The translations under genes were made by a program, and so were the position numbers. 64,000 bases of DNA from Lytechinus pictus (lineage: Eukaryota), in contig NW_026974158.1 of the NCBI RefSeq assembly GCF_037042905.1, positions 372,001 through 436,000 of the forward strand, written 5' to 3'. The notes beneath the pieces were generated by a model. The model had not been told where the DNA came from, did not search any database, and saw only the letters and a list, made by a program, of their open reading frames with translations. Positions 1 to 13,144 of this stretch are shown one piece after another (positions within the stretch are counted from its first letter, which is position 1; each line of letters opens with the position of its first letter).

Positions 1-270
1 AATCGTTAGTTTTGACTTTTCAGTATTGTTTTTATATTCATGTATGTATTTCATATATCCAAAGGTCTGACAACAGCTCAAGCACCTGCTTATTTTGTCA
101 TACCACTGCATGTCTGCAACCTTGTTATAATCAGATTATGTTAATGTTATGTTAATCATCATAATTATACATTAGTATTATGTAAAATTTAATGTAATCA
201 ATTTTGTGATGGTCACACTATGTACATTGTCATGACATGCAGAAATAAATAAATAAATAAATAAAAAAAA
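1..270 (+). mobile_element. 3' tail of a non-LTR retrotransposon (CR1/L2-like)
   Basis: T-rich 3'UTR-like sequence ending in (AAAT)n and an A tract at ~243-270. Confidence 0.4.
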
Positions 271-319
271 TATTAAAGTGGAAGGTCACCCTGATGAAAA
301 GGTTGCGGTAGAAATAGCG

Positions 320-1323
320 TGAAGACATGCTTCCATTTCACGGAAGCGTGCCTGCAGGCACGGTCGGCGGTTAAACGCTTAAAGGAGTGTTAACAGAACA
401 CACGTGTTACCTGCTAAAAGTTCAAGGCACAATAAAGGAAAACTGTGTAGGCCTACTTATAGTACAATTTGCATAAATTAGCCAAATTAATGAATTTCCA
501 AATTCTATGCACAAATTGTGATCCATTGTTTGGTGATTTTAATATATTTGCATTAATTAGCAGTTAATCAATTTCCACATTCTGTGTAAAGGATATGGTT
601 CCTGTACTTACATAAGCTTTTAGTTTTAGATCTTTTACATTTAGATCTAGACCCATCTCCTAGATTTTAAGTTAAGTCTAGGTCTAGATCTAGACTAGTT
701 GGCCGGTCACTAACAGTAACAATATTCACAGCCGTAAGGCCCAATTAAGGCCAAGGCAGTATAGTGTATCACTCACACTACCTCGAGCGAAGTTTGTGCA
801 GGCTCCACTCCACTTCACTACCGCTACACTACGCTCCACCTACCCAAACTTCGAGACCGTAAACTCTATCTGATATTCCGAGTGGCAAAGGTGGGATTTA
901 ATGGGGGGAAAATATAAAATTCATGCAACATCACGATCTTTAAAAACAATTAAATCTAATATTCTTACTTTACACCAAGTTTCACTTCTTTTCCGTGCTT
1001 CTATCAGTCTCAAAATTGGTGATTTAGAGCCAACATGAAGTTCCTCACACGTATAAATAATCCGCTGCCGATTTCAAAACATCGCATGCGCGTGCGAGGA
1101 TCCGAGCTCGGACCGGACCCGGTAGCTCATCTCATGCGATACGGCAGCGAATTATTTATGTGTGAGGAACTTCATGCTGGCTCTAAATCACCAATTTTGA
1201 GACTGATAGAAGCATGGAAAAGAAGTGAAACTTGGTGTAAAGTAAGAATATTAGTTTTAATTCTTTTTAAAGATCGTGATGTTGCATGAATTTTATATTC
1301 CCCCCCCCCCCATAAAATCCCAC
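320..1323. repeat. ~1 kb direct repeat, copy 1 (copy 2 at 12109-13143)
   Basis: Begins TGAAGACATGCTTCCATTTCACGGAAGCGTGCCTGCAGGCAC and is colinear with 12109-13143 apart from small indels. Confidence 0.95.
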
Positions 1324-1430
1324 CTTTGTAACTTGGAATATCTGATAGAGTTCACGGTCTCGAAGTTCGGGTAGGTGGAGCGTAATGTAGAGGTAGTGAA
1401 GTGGAGTGGAGCCTGCACGAAATGTCGAGG
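780..1430. mobile_element. Foldback/MITE-like hairpin element with ~280 bp inverted arms
   Basis: 796-1070 is the reverse complement of 1142-1417 (e.g. GTGCAGGCTCCACTCCACTTCACTACC / GGTAGTGAAGTGGAGTGGAGCCTGCAC). Confidence 0.85.
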
Positions 1431-1473
1431 TACACTCACACTGGCACCTAATTGGTCTCAGGCCTACTGTAAC

Positions 1474-1880
1474 TTAAAGGTAAATGCTAGTTTTGGTAAC
1501 GATATCAACATGAGTTCGTACATAATCCAATGAAATGACCACCAAATTGTCTGTTTGTATAAATAAAACGCATGTGCCAAAGGATTCTGGAAGAAATTGT
1601 GTAATTGCTGAGAAATCAGCAAATAAGCACAGGAATCGGGTATATAGAGCGTCGGGCCCGACGCTCAAAGCAATAAGTATACACTGTCCCACGTGCGCTT
1701 ATCTGTAGTGGGGAAGTACAGTCTGAACATTTTTCAGCGTAGATTTCAAGATTTCACGAAGTTCAGTTTATGTAACTGTACCAGATCTAGATCCTCGATG
1801 ATATACTGACAATTAAGCCTGGTTTTACAGACTTTCTAATGAAATCAGTGTTTACTGGAACTACTGGAATTTCTCTTTAA
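1474..1880. mobile_element. Non-autonomous Kolobok-type DNA transposon
   Basis: TTAA-AGGTAAATGCTAGT...ACTACTGGAATTTCTCT-TTAA: TTAA target site, RR..YY termini, imperfect TIRs; a related inverted fragment lies at ~50185-50420. Confidence 0.7.
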
Positions 1881-2398
1881 TTGCGTGCGAAATTCTTGCC
1901 CAGAATTAACTGCGACAGCCCGAACGCTCGAACGTCTGCAGCGTTCGGGCCGGCGCAGATATAGACCTCTTCAGTCCACAACCTGCGTTTGGAACTGGAT
2001 TGTAGGCAACAAAGCCGAGGTCGAGGAGAGGGTCTCGATCTCGCTGCGATTTTCGTTATTACTGTTAGCTTTATGCCGTGTTTTTTGCAACAAAATAATA
2101 TTCGGAGTATATAGCAACAGGTGGTAGGTAAACATAGTACTGCAAAATATTGAATTTTATGATGTGCTTGACTTTTGGTCCAACCCCTTACACACACTAG
2201 ACCACTAGATCTAGTCATCATGCGACGGACAGTTGTGTTAATCTCACGTTCAACTCACACGTACGTACACGTACATCTCCGCGAAAGTTACAGCGTCAAT
2301 TGAAACGTACTTTCAATCTCAATCAATCACAGTTGCAAATTGCAATCATTAGCCCATTCTTCCTCAGCTTTGATCTGTACAATTCAATAAACACATAC

Positions 2399-2459
2399 CT
2401 TTCAAAATCTGAATGATTTCCTCCCTGAAATCTTTTAAAATGTACTCCAGTTCGGCCAT
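2399..2459 (-). CDS. Candidate first coding exon MAELEYILKDFREEIIQILK of a gene running toward the window start (possibly a SAMD3-like N-terminus)
   Basis: ATG in AGGATGG context, 20 open codons of amphipathic character, strong donor AAG|GTATGT (phase 1). Confidence 0.5.
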
Positions 2460-3140
2460 CCTGATCCTGGTATGCCTAGATTCAACAGCTCACTTGCACA
2501 GTATGTTGTGCGGTACACAAAGTCGACAGAATTTATTGATGAGCGAGCCGCGGCGTGGTCATGTGACATATTGTAAGCCTTTTCATTGGTAGATAGTTTG
2601 GGTATTTTGTAATTTTGTTTGGATCAACTTTAAATGCGCGCGAATTCGTCTATTTTTAATCCATTTCGGATTGACAACGGCAAAAAATAACCCAAATAGT
2701 TTACAATATTTTGTAATCGCTAACTAGAGTACTATTTGTAATCGCGCGAATTAAGAGAGTAATCGGGGATCTTCCTCACATTAATGATGCGAGCGCAAAG
2801 CGCGAGCAGAAAATTTATATATATATTTTTGAACTGATCGAAAAGGTACCTGTAACTATCTAAATTCGAGCCATTATAATTGTAATCAAATAGATTAACT
2901 TTTTAATCCAGCTCAGATTGTCCTGAGGGACAAATCCCTTCAGATTAAAAAGTAAACTTTTCTTGGATTACTAATTTTTAATCTTCAGGAAGATTACTTT
3001 AATCATAATCAAATTAGATTAAAAACTAATCAATTATGAATTAACTATAAATCCCTTTCTAGATTAACACTTTCACAATCTAAAAAACAGTACACAATAT
3101 GAAATTAAGAATTGGGTGCTTTAACAGCTTTATTGTCATA

Positions 3141-3335
3141 ACATTTCATCAGTTAACATTCAAAATTCAATGCTTTCAAAGCATTATTTACATTGCAACA
3201 ATACACATTTCGTCAGTTAACATTCAAAATTCAATGCTTTCAAAGCATTATTTACATTGCAACAATACACATTTTATCAGTTAACATTCAAAATTCAATG
3301 CTTTCAAAGAAGTATTTACATTGCAACAATACACA
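3141..3335. repeat. Tandem repeat, 3 x 64 bp
   Basis: AGTTAACATTCAAAATTCAATGCTTTCAAAG recurs at 3151, 3215 and 3279. Confidence 0.95.
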
Positions 3336-3429
3336 TCAGAGTGTAATGTGATTATGAAGACCATTGTACAATCAATTCTCAATATAATGAAAGTAGAAAC
3401 ATTAAATATTCTGTACAATTATAAGGTGA

Positions 3430-3833
3430 ACTAAAAATATCCCCGAAGGTGATTAATACCCCCGCCCCATCAATAACATGCTGTTACCATGACAACACGA
3501 TTTTCGGCACGTGAAAATGTGTCTTGCACATCCTTACACCAAGACAAATGTTTGTGCCAAATTGGTTGAAAACTGAGGAAGTAGTTCGATCCCCAAAATT
3601 TTTACTACATTTTCTGACAAAACATGCCGTTACCATGGCAACACAGTTTCCGAAACATGTGGAAAATGTGTCCTGAACATCCTCACACCAAGACCAATCT
3701 ATGTGCCAAATTTCATAAGTATTGGTTGAAAAATAAGGAAGTAGTTTGATCCAGGTTTGCAACGGACCGCCCGCCCGACCATACGCTGATCACTATATAC
3801 CCCCCTTCAAACTTCATTTGGCGGGGGTATAAT
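3430..3833. mobile_element. Helentron-associated (HINE/DINE-1-like) non-autonomous element; partial second copy at ~4985-5161
   Basis: Subterminal inverted repeat ATACCCCCGCC / GGCGGGGGTAT, terminal hairpin TATACCCCC...GGGGGTATA, internal tandem core repeats. Confidence 0.6.
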
Positions 3834-4191
3834 TATGATATCAAGTGATGTGATTTGATATAAATTCATTAAAAAAAAAGAATAAGTTATATCATATATA
3901 ATAAGGAAGGGATAAGTGACCAGGCAATGTATAATATTGAAAGAGTTTACGATGCAAGTTGTGTTTTAGCGATAATCAGTGTCACAGTAAATAACTTCAT
4001 GGCATAATTAATTATAGTCATGTGTACTCAAATTCATAAATTGCAGAAATAAAGAAATGAGAGCAAGTTAAACAAAAACTTTGAGATTGTTGTAACAGAA
4101 TAACTGACCAACAGGGACCGTGATTACTAAGTCTCTGCTGAACTTTGTTCAGGTGAGCCAAAAAGAGCAAAATAAATATGAAAATGAAATT

Positions 4192-4875
4192 TTAACCTTA
4201 ATCAGACTGGATTATTTTGGAGGGGGGGGGGGGGGTAAATGCCTTAAAGGCCCCCCGCCCAATCTCGGCTTTATTGATCGCGCAATCGAAAAACGAAAAT
4301 AGTCATGCATGTCACCCATGACTTAATCTACAAAACTGTATACTATTTGATTGTTCCAAAATAATTCAAAATTAATTTGTTATTATAAATTATCATAATT
4401 TATGCATGAAATTCGAATTTGACTGTTTTAAATTATAAGGCCCTTGTACCGCTAATCTTTTGTTTAGAGACTCCCTTTGAAATTCTGACCAAATGCACAT
4501 AAAAAAATAATCAGTATCAAAGTGTCTTAAGTATTTAAATGTTTTTCAAAGTTCATATGTATTTATTTGTTTTCGATTTTTTTTGGATGGAAATTGTCGA
4601 CAATAATTTCATGATCTTAAACAACATGAAATTAATTGATTTTAATCAGTAAAAGTAAAGAGAACGGTATGAATTTAGGCTACAAACAGAATTTGCATTT
4701 TGAGCAATTTTGGGACTGACATGCACTTACATAATTATGCATAATTTCGGACTGCATACCAAGGCGTCGCAAAGTTTGTCTCAAAAGATGCATGAGATTT
4801 ATCGACAGATTTATTGCCAACATTTTTTTAAAGGGGGCCTTTCACCCTCCCCCTCCCAAGTCCATTTAGGGTTAA
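4192..4875. mobile_element. piggyBac-like MITE (degenerate copy)
   Basis: TTAA-CCTTAATCAGACT...AGTCCATTTAGGG-TTAA; related in inverted orientation to 14103-14879. Confidence 0.65.
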
Positions 4876-7800
4876 ATTTGTCTTGATGTAAATTCTGCTT
4901 GATTCTTTACCTTATGACTCATGAATGATAAATCACTCTCAGCAATGTAATATCAAACTAGATATCACCTTGTCTTCTAGTTACTTTTGTGAAAAATGTG
5001 TCTGCACATCCTCACAAGCAGACCGATGTATGTGCCAAATTTCATGAATATTGGTTGAAAACTGAAGAAGAAGTTCGATCCGCAAGATTTGCAACGGACC
5101 GCCCGACCGTACGCTAATTTCCTATATACCCCCTTCAAACTGCGTTTGGCGGGGGTATAATAAACAACATTTCTTTTCAACCCTTAGGCTCACACCACAA
5201 GTAGTCAACGAACTCATTTTGTCTCGGAACACTTGTACATCATTACTCATCTTAATTCAGATAATTTCATACAAAGGCTCATTTTTTGGCATAAACTAAC
5301 CACTAATTTAGCTTTCACTCAAAACCACTACTATCCCGATCGATCTCTAAAGCTTGAAATAACAACCTTGTACTACTTCTTTGCTCTGCATAATTAAAAT
5401 ATGTAAATTAGAACTTCTTTCATAAATGGTCTGCATACAATACTACCTATATGAATAACATTTTCTCACTCAGCGTATATTTATACCATTTGGAATTTGT
5501 ACAAAAACATCACTTATTTTCATATTTTATCATTTTCATATTTATGTACAAAATCCGAAATAACAGCCTTAGATAAACTATTCTCTGTCATGTGCGTATA
5601 GACAGCAAACGTGCTTATGAATTACAAAGGTAAGGTGAGTTGGAGGCCTGTCCCGGTCTAACAAACCGTCTGTTCTGTCCCCGAAAGCCGCTTAGTTTTC
5701 TTGTCCAAGCTACTGCTCGGTTAACTTTAAATTTCGGATCGATAACGCCATACTTCTTACGGAGGCTTTGGTATCAGATGCCTGCATGACCCTGTACACT
5801 TCAGATGCCATGAACTCCTAGAAATTTTGAATTACTTGGGAAAAATGGACTCCAAATACATGAGACTTAAAAAGCATGTCAGTGGCTTCCACCACATTCT
5901 GTCCCGCTTCAATCACTACCTTGTCCGCAATCAAAAAAGATCGTAGTGGCTTGCGTCTGTGTCCAAGGGCTAGAATATAGGGCTGCCGAAACTCAGCAGA
6001 TTTCCCAGCTGCTGCCGCTTGAACATCTGTCCCAATCTGGCAAAGAAGCAGAAAGAAGTGATAGTTGAGCATTGACAACATGAGCTACAAATTTTTAAAA
6101 CATAGGCCCCAACATTATCATATTGAATGAAATGTAGAACCTAATTACTCTCGAATTGAAACAGAGAGGGAAAAAATACATGATGTAAACCTGTAGTATA
6201 TTTGAAACAACCCCATGAATGAAGCATTGGGAGGCTGCCACGATCCATAAACAGCCAACGATATTTATAAGCCAACAATGAGGTTTTGCCAGTGAAGGAG
6301 AGATTAATGACTGCATGTATACATGCCCGCACAGCTGGAATTTGCATTACATAAGATATTGGAATGCATCTTGCAGGATGGCATACACCACTGCATTATA
6401 TTTATATGGCCTCTTTCAAGTTCTGGCTCTGCAATTTGTAATCATCATATTATAATTGTTCTTTGTTGATTTTTTTGCATTTGTTATTATACATGAAGTT
6501 GATATTGTTGTTGAATAAATAAATACTACAATTAATTTCTTTTTAATGATCATTCACAATTCTTAATACATAGGATACACAGAAAAAAGGAAATGTTTTC
6601 ATAGTGAAAAGTAAAGGGAGAGAGGCATTAACCAATGTAGAAGAAGATTCAAAAAGAGGTGGAACAAAGCCCGGGAACAAAAGAAAAAAACTAACATAGA
6701 CTAATTGGGCTGTGTGGAGAAAAAACCCAATGAAGAGAGGGACAGACAGAAAAAACAGAAAGGGAAAAAAAGTTGTGAAAAAGCAAGAAATACACACTAA
6801 ATAAGAAGCTTTGTGGGACAGGAATTTAAGGATAAATTGATGTCTGGTAGGGAACCCAAAATTCCCATATTCACTAATTGACTACTTACAGGTCTGTACT
6901 GGATGAAGTGCTCCAAACTCGATGCTCTTGAACTCGAGGTGGGGTTCTTTGTCTTTGTCAGTGGCTTATTTAACATCAGCAACAGTGCAGTTAAACCACA
7001 CAGGTCTCCTGTAACATATACATATTATGATATTATAATTTAATATGTTTAATTAACTTTGGCACACTCCCTTATTGTCATGTAATGATAGTAGGTAAGA
7101 TTATATCTTATCTGCTCACTTTGATGCAATGATGTACATACATGTACATTGCATCATCTCCTCATCGTAATGCAATGCATATATTGGACCCTCCATTCAT
7201 CACAATTCCATGTGTGATAGAGAGAGATTACAAGGTCTCTGCCAAACTTTGTTCAGGCAAAACAAAAAAGTGTGGAGACAACTGTTGTTTGGATCATTAG
7301 ATCTCTAAACATCTTTTTAACAATCATGGAGAGTGCCACTTAAGTATTTGAAAGCGGATAAATTTTAATATGTTTTGTCTGCTGTCACCTAGATAAAACA
7401 GCAAACTAATTTTCTTTGCACAACCAAACTGACAATAAATATAAATCAGAAATAAAGGGGGAATCTAGGCTGAAAATCTTATAATTTAGAAAGTAGAGTA
7501 AAATTTAACAAGCACAACACATCATATGTGTATAGAAAATCTTTCCCTTATATGGACATAACTAAGTAACAACAATGATCATAAACATTCCATCAGGAGT
7601 CAGTCATCACAGTTTATTATGTTTGGAGCAGAAAATTTGAATAATTATTTCACATAAAAAAATACAAATCATCAGCTTGCTCATTGAATATGCATGAAAC
7701 CATTTTATTGAAGAAAAAAAAAAAAAAAAAAAAATAACTTCGTTACTTTTTCATCCGATTTTGATGACATCTTTAGTGTTGTGCTTGTTATATTTTACTC

Positions 7801-8134
7801 TATAAGACTTGAAGGTATATCTTTGATGTACTAAACTTTTTTTTTCACAATATATGCCAAGGCACTTCCTTTGATCTTCTCTATGCTCTATGCACCTTTT
7901 ATATCCCCTTCAGCTCCCATTGTTCTGTTCTATCTTATATTCATGGAAGTAATCCCTTTGATTTTTCCCCCTCTTTCCTATGCACGAACCTACTTACTTC
8001 CACTGCAACATCCTCCTTCTTTCACCTCAACTCTATTCTTACTATTGTTTTCAATTTCTTTTTTTTTCAGCCTAAACCTAGCATCATACATGTACATAAG
8101 TTGTTGTATCTTGCTCTTATCTTCATTCGTTCTC

Positions 8135-8170
8135 CTGAAGACGAGCTGCGCAGTTCAGCTCGGAATGTGG
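8135..8170 (+). ncRNA. Degenerate hammerhead-ribozyme-like core, Penelope-like element remnant
   Basis: CTGAAGA + CGAGCTG/CAGCTCG stem + GAAT (canonical GAAA), following a pyrimidine-rich tract. Confidence 0.35.
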
Positions 8171-8581
8171 CGTTTCCAACTCTTACATGGTTGTACCGCA
8201 AATACCTTCCGAATTGATTTATATTTTACTCTACGTTTTCAAATCATTTGAATTTCAGCCTGGAGTCCTTAAAAATAAATACTTTACTCACTGTTGTCAC
8301 CTTCCTCAAACTGTTGAATTGAATCTTTTACCGCTGGATACCCGCTCAAACCTAATTTTATGATACGGTCTCGGTAGGACGACTCCCACTTTAAAATAAA
8401 ATTGTCAGAAAGGTGCCCATGTTCTGTTTCAAAGTCCATGTTGATCTGTAAACCAAACAGGAATAAATATATTATTGTAAACCTAATTTTCATGCTTGTA
8501 ATAGTAGAACATTGGGTCCATGATTCAATGCGTACATTTTGCCTAGTTCATGAAACATGGACATAACCCACATAAGGATAA

Positions 8582-9173
8582 TTAAAGGAGAAAGAAACCC
8601 TAGAAACCAGTTTAATTCATATCAAATTGAAAAATCAAAGAAACATATTGTTGAAAGTTTGAGCCAGATTGAATGAATGATAAGAAAGTTATGAGTATCT
8701 GAATATTGAGATCACTAATGCCATGTAGATCATCCAATTGGCAATGCGACCGAGATCTGTGATGTCACATACTTACAACTCCCCCATTACTTTAATACTT
8801 ATTTCACTTAAATTCTCTCTTTTATAGGGTCTATTGCAAGATGAGGTGTTCTTTAATGAGAGGAAAAGTACAGAGGTTTCACAGCATTATATCATGGATG
8901 ATTTGTTTGTCATATCATAAGAATGAGCAAAATGAGATATTTGGGGGTATATTTTCACTGTCCAAAGGGGAGAGAGTTGTACGTCTGTGACATCACAGAT
9001 ATTGGTCGCATTGCCAATGGCAATGTCTGCATAGCATTAGTGATCTTGATATTCAAATGCTCATAACTTTCTTATTACTTGCCCAATCTTACTCAAACTT
9101 TCGGTGATTTCATTCTTTGATTTTTCTATTTTCACACAAGCTAACTTGCTACAAGGGTTTAATTATCCTTTAA
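8582..9173. mobile_element. Palindromic TTAA-flanked (Kolobok-type) MITE in an intron
   Basis: TTAAAGGAGAAAGAAACCCT...AGGGTTTAATTATCCTTTAA; internal inverted arms (TTGGCAATGCGACC / GGTCGCATTGCCAA). Confidence 0.75.
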
Positions 9174-12108
9174 CATGCATGATTTGAGAAACTTTGGATC
9201 TACCCTAAATATGATTGGAATAAAAGCCCTATTTACAACTGGAGAAAATGGGAAAAACTGCAACATTATTGGGAAAGCCTAGTACAATTTTCTCTCTTGG
9301 TGAGAAAAGTGCATGCATTTTGTCATTTACATCATATATTATTTATCTTTAACGCTATCTAGTAAATATTACCCTGCTCCACATGAATAACTTTAAGTCC
9401 CTACCCCTATGGATGATCCTCATCACGTTTGGTTTTCAAGATGATAACAATCTGAATCCCCCCCACCACCCCTGGCACGTTGCCACATGCCATATACGAA
9501 CAACTTTAGGTCCTTACGACGTAAAGACGATCTACATGTTGGTTGAAATCTGATATCTGGTTCAAAAGAAATTCAATATGAAAATATGATTTCCCAAATT
9601 GACCCTTTTTCCAAACTTTAATTTCCTTTAGGAGCCCAAGGTTACCATCCTAGGTCTTGACATGAACAACTTATATTCTCCATTTATAAAGGTATCTACA
9701 TTCAACAGATCATGACTGTACTGCTTTACCCACTTTCTCCAATGGAGGGGGGGGGGGCACATGCTCCATATGAATAAACCCCCTACTGATGATCCTCACC
9801 AAGTTTGGTTGACATCCGCCCAGGGGTTCTTGAGAAGAAGATTAAAATGTAAAAAGTGTAGGCACAACGGACAAAAAGCGGTCACAATAGCTCACTTGAG
9901 CCTTTGGCTCAGATGGGCCATCAATAAGGGAACTGAGCATCAAAATCATTAAACTGACAACAATCAGACACACACTGTAGTGAGAATCTGTGTTCTTTCA
10001 GTACAAATTGGCAATCATAACAATTTTAAACATATTTAAGTCTTAGTGGATATATTATAAGCAAATATTTTGTTTAACACGTGAAGCATTAAAGTAAAAA
10101 TAAAAGTTTGCCAATTAGCAGAAGAAAATAGGCCTCTAAATAAGTCGTCATGAAAGATCGGGTTAACTTACAAGTTCTGGCATCTCTTGTATCCTTGGAA
10201 ATGTGGTGATGAAGTCTGTAATGGTCATGTCTCTCCTCTTCTTCAGCATCATTTGACGATAAGCAGCAGTCTCTTTGAAAAATTTGTTAATTTTCCCCTT
10301 ATTTGCTGCAGTGGGAACTGTCTGCTTCATCCAGTTAACCTGAAAGACAGAAGTTACCGTATTATTTCAACCATCAAAATAACCTGCATGTACATGTAAG
10401 GCACTTTTATTGCCTTGGACACACTCTTTGTATTACTTCTAAACGTGCCTTTAATTTGGTGCCCCCTTGATCTCGTATTTTGAGCTATTCTGCATTTCAT
10501 ACATTACACAGATTTGCATGCGTACTAGAGATGCCATCGACATGGCAATTACATCATCAAAATGACAGAAACCATGCCAATATCGACATGAGAAATAGAT
10601 TTCACAACATTTGTCAATATAATTTCCCTAAATGTTAACTGCATGAAATCACCTATTAGAGCTTTCCAAATGTGCTTTGTCACTCAGATTAATGAAACAA
10701 ACCTGAGAACGAAAGAATGATGATGATTATCAAGGCATGTCATTGACCAATAATGATTTGCTTTGAATCTCTTTAACTTTTTAATAATTTATTTGACTTA
10801 TTTTTAATTGTTCGGAGGGCTTCCGAACAAATCTATACATATAATAACTACATGTACAGTTTGCAAGGTGTAATTATTGTAAAATCATTAATCTGACTTC
10901 GGTTCAAAGCGTGAAAGCTGTTCGAAAATACTTTTGATAATGTCTTTTCAAATATAGAGCAAGTTTTATTTTTCCACTTTTTCCTTACCAAAACTATATT
11001 TGTGCTTTAAGAATATCTTGAATTATCTTTTCTAATCAGTTTATTAAACTCAGACAAGTCTTTCAGTCAGCCATCCATCTTATTTCACATATTATTTTGC
11101 AGGAATCAACACTGTAACAAGATTGACATTTCTCACACCTTTTCTTGTAATTCTTCATCTTGAAGTAATTCCTCATCCACTATCACATCTTCTTGTTTGT
11201 GATCATTTGATTTGGCATGCTTCCTCTTCTTACCCCGTTTGCCATTCGGCCTCATATTCTTGAATCTGTACTCAATGAATCCTTCATTTTCTGGAAAGAA
11301 ATGCTCCTGTCATGTCGAAAGTATAAAACATATGTAGTCACATGATATCATGAGATCCAGTACTTCAAAAGGCAATATCATGCATTCTTCGTAAAAATAA
11401 ATAAATAACCTGAATCAAAAAGGGGCATGAGCCTTCGATCCTAGCAAAATCTTCTTTGAAGAAAAACTCATTCAGTGTGTTGCTATGGTAACCAAATAAA
11501 CAGATAATTATTTTTAAAATTTTGGTATTTTTAAAAGAATATGTAATTTAGTGATAAAGATGTAAATGTGTGAGCTTGTGATTCTACTAATGAGATTGAC
11601 CTTATTGTCAGCTTTACGTAGACACCACAATCACAAAATACCATTGATCCTAACTGGAGTTATTAGGATAATATCGGCACGCGAAAAAAGGGCACCAAAA
11701 TTGGAAAAAAAATCTTATTTTAGGGGCGGCGGGCGGGGTCGGCCAGTTGCTTTTTTTATCCTTTTTAATTAGACATCCTGCAAATCAACAAATAAGTAAT
11801 AATACGAATTACTCTTATCATTGGAATTCTTGTTTTTATTATATCAATAATCGTCGCTATGGTAACACACTCAACATAAAAAATAAAGGGCTTTTATACT
11901 GGACCTGCCTATCTGTATGCGTTTTGTGTACATTATTATGTAATTTTGATCCAAAATTTTACTGGTTTTTAGTTAACATAAAATATAAACAAATACTTTT
12001 TAAAAATCATCAAAATACATATCAAAATAACAGGAATTTACTGTACTTTCTATTGATACGAATTTCTAAGATCTTAGGCGTTTTTTACTCTGTTTATAAT
12101 GTGTCACA

Positions 12109-13143
12109 TGAAGACATGCTTCCATTTCACGGAAGCGTGCCTGCAGGCACGATCGGCGGTTAAACGCTTAATGGAGTGTTAACAGAACACACGTGTCACC
12201 TGCTAAAAGTTCAAGGTATAATAAAGGAAAACTGTGTAGGCCTACTTATAGCACAATTTGCATAAATTAGCCAAATTAATGAATTTCCAAATTCTATGCA
12301 CAAATTATGATCCCTGTACTTAGCTCTACCAGATTTAGAGTCAAGTTGGACTTACACCTACAGTTAAAAAAGGCATTGTTTGGTGAATTTAATATATTTG
12401 CATTAATTAGCATTTAATCAATTTCCACATTCTGTGTAAAGGCTATGGTTCCTGTACTTACATTAGCTTTTAGTTTTAGATCTTTTACATTTAAATCTAG
12501 ACCCATCTCCTAGATTTTAAGTTTAGTCTAGGTCTAGATCTAGACTACTTGGCCGGTCACTAACAGTAACACTATTCACACCCGTAAGGCCCAAGGCCAA
12601 GGCAGTATAGTGTATCACTCACACTACCTCGAGCGAAGTTTGTGCATGCTCCACTCCTCTTCACTACCGCTACACTACGCTCCACCTACCCAAGCTTCGA
12701 GACCGTAAACTCTATCTGATATTCCGAGTGACAAAGGTCGGATTTTATGGGGGGATATATAAAATTCATGCAACATCACGATCTTTAAAAAACAATTAAA
12801 ATTAATATTCTTACTTTTCACCAAGTTTCACTTCTTTTCCATGCTTCTATCAGTCTCAAAATTGGTGATTCAGCGCCAACATGAAGTTCCTCACACGTAT
12901 AAATAATCCGCTGCCGATTTCAAAACATCGCATGCGCGCGCGAGGGTCCGAGCTCGGACCGGACCCGGCAGCAAATTATTTATTTGTGTGAGGAACTTCA
13001 TTTTGGCTCTAAATCACCAATTTTGAGACTGATAGAAACATGGAAAAGAAGTGAAACTTGGTGTAAAGTAAGAATATTAGTTTTGTTTTTAAGGATCGTG
13101 ATGTTGCATTAATTGTATATTCCCCCTCCCCCATAAAATCCCA
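12109..13143. repeat. ~1 kb direct repeat, copy 2 (hairpin right arm truncated)
   Basis: Colinear with 320-1323; carries an extra ~65 bp block near 12315-12375 and is cut off by a different repeat at ~13144. Confidence 0.95.
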
Positions 13144-13144
13144 T

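Larger units (their letters stand above)
5710..11306 (-). pseudogene. SAMD3-like uncharacterised gene, probably transposon-associated; exons 11306-11139, 10339-10172, 8445-8292, 7008-6890, 6036-5710; premature TAG at 5820-5818; 5' exons not found
   Basis: Five exons with canonical AG/GT sites and compatible phases (0,0,1,0) give EHFFPENEGFIEYRFKNMR...ITDFITTFPRIQEMPELINMDF...NFILKWESSYRDRII...QPYILALG...ATDMLFKSHVFGVHF...NF*EFMASEVY; the motif order matches the SAMD3-like family as recalled. Confidence 0.8.

Noticed and set aside
320-13143. LTR retrotransposon or KolobokP bounded by long direct repeats
   Set aside because: No TG..CA ends, PBS/PPT or TSD; the repeats end raggedly and the interior is a spliced non-gag/pol gene
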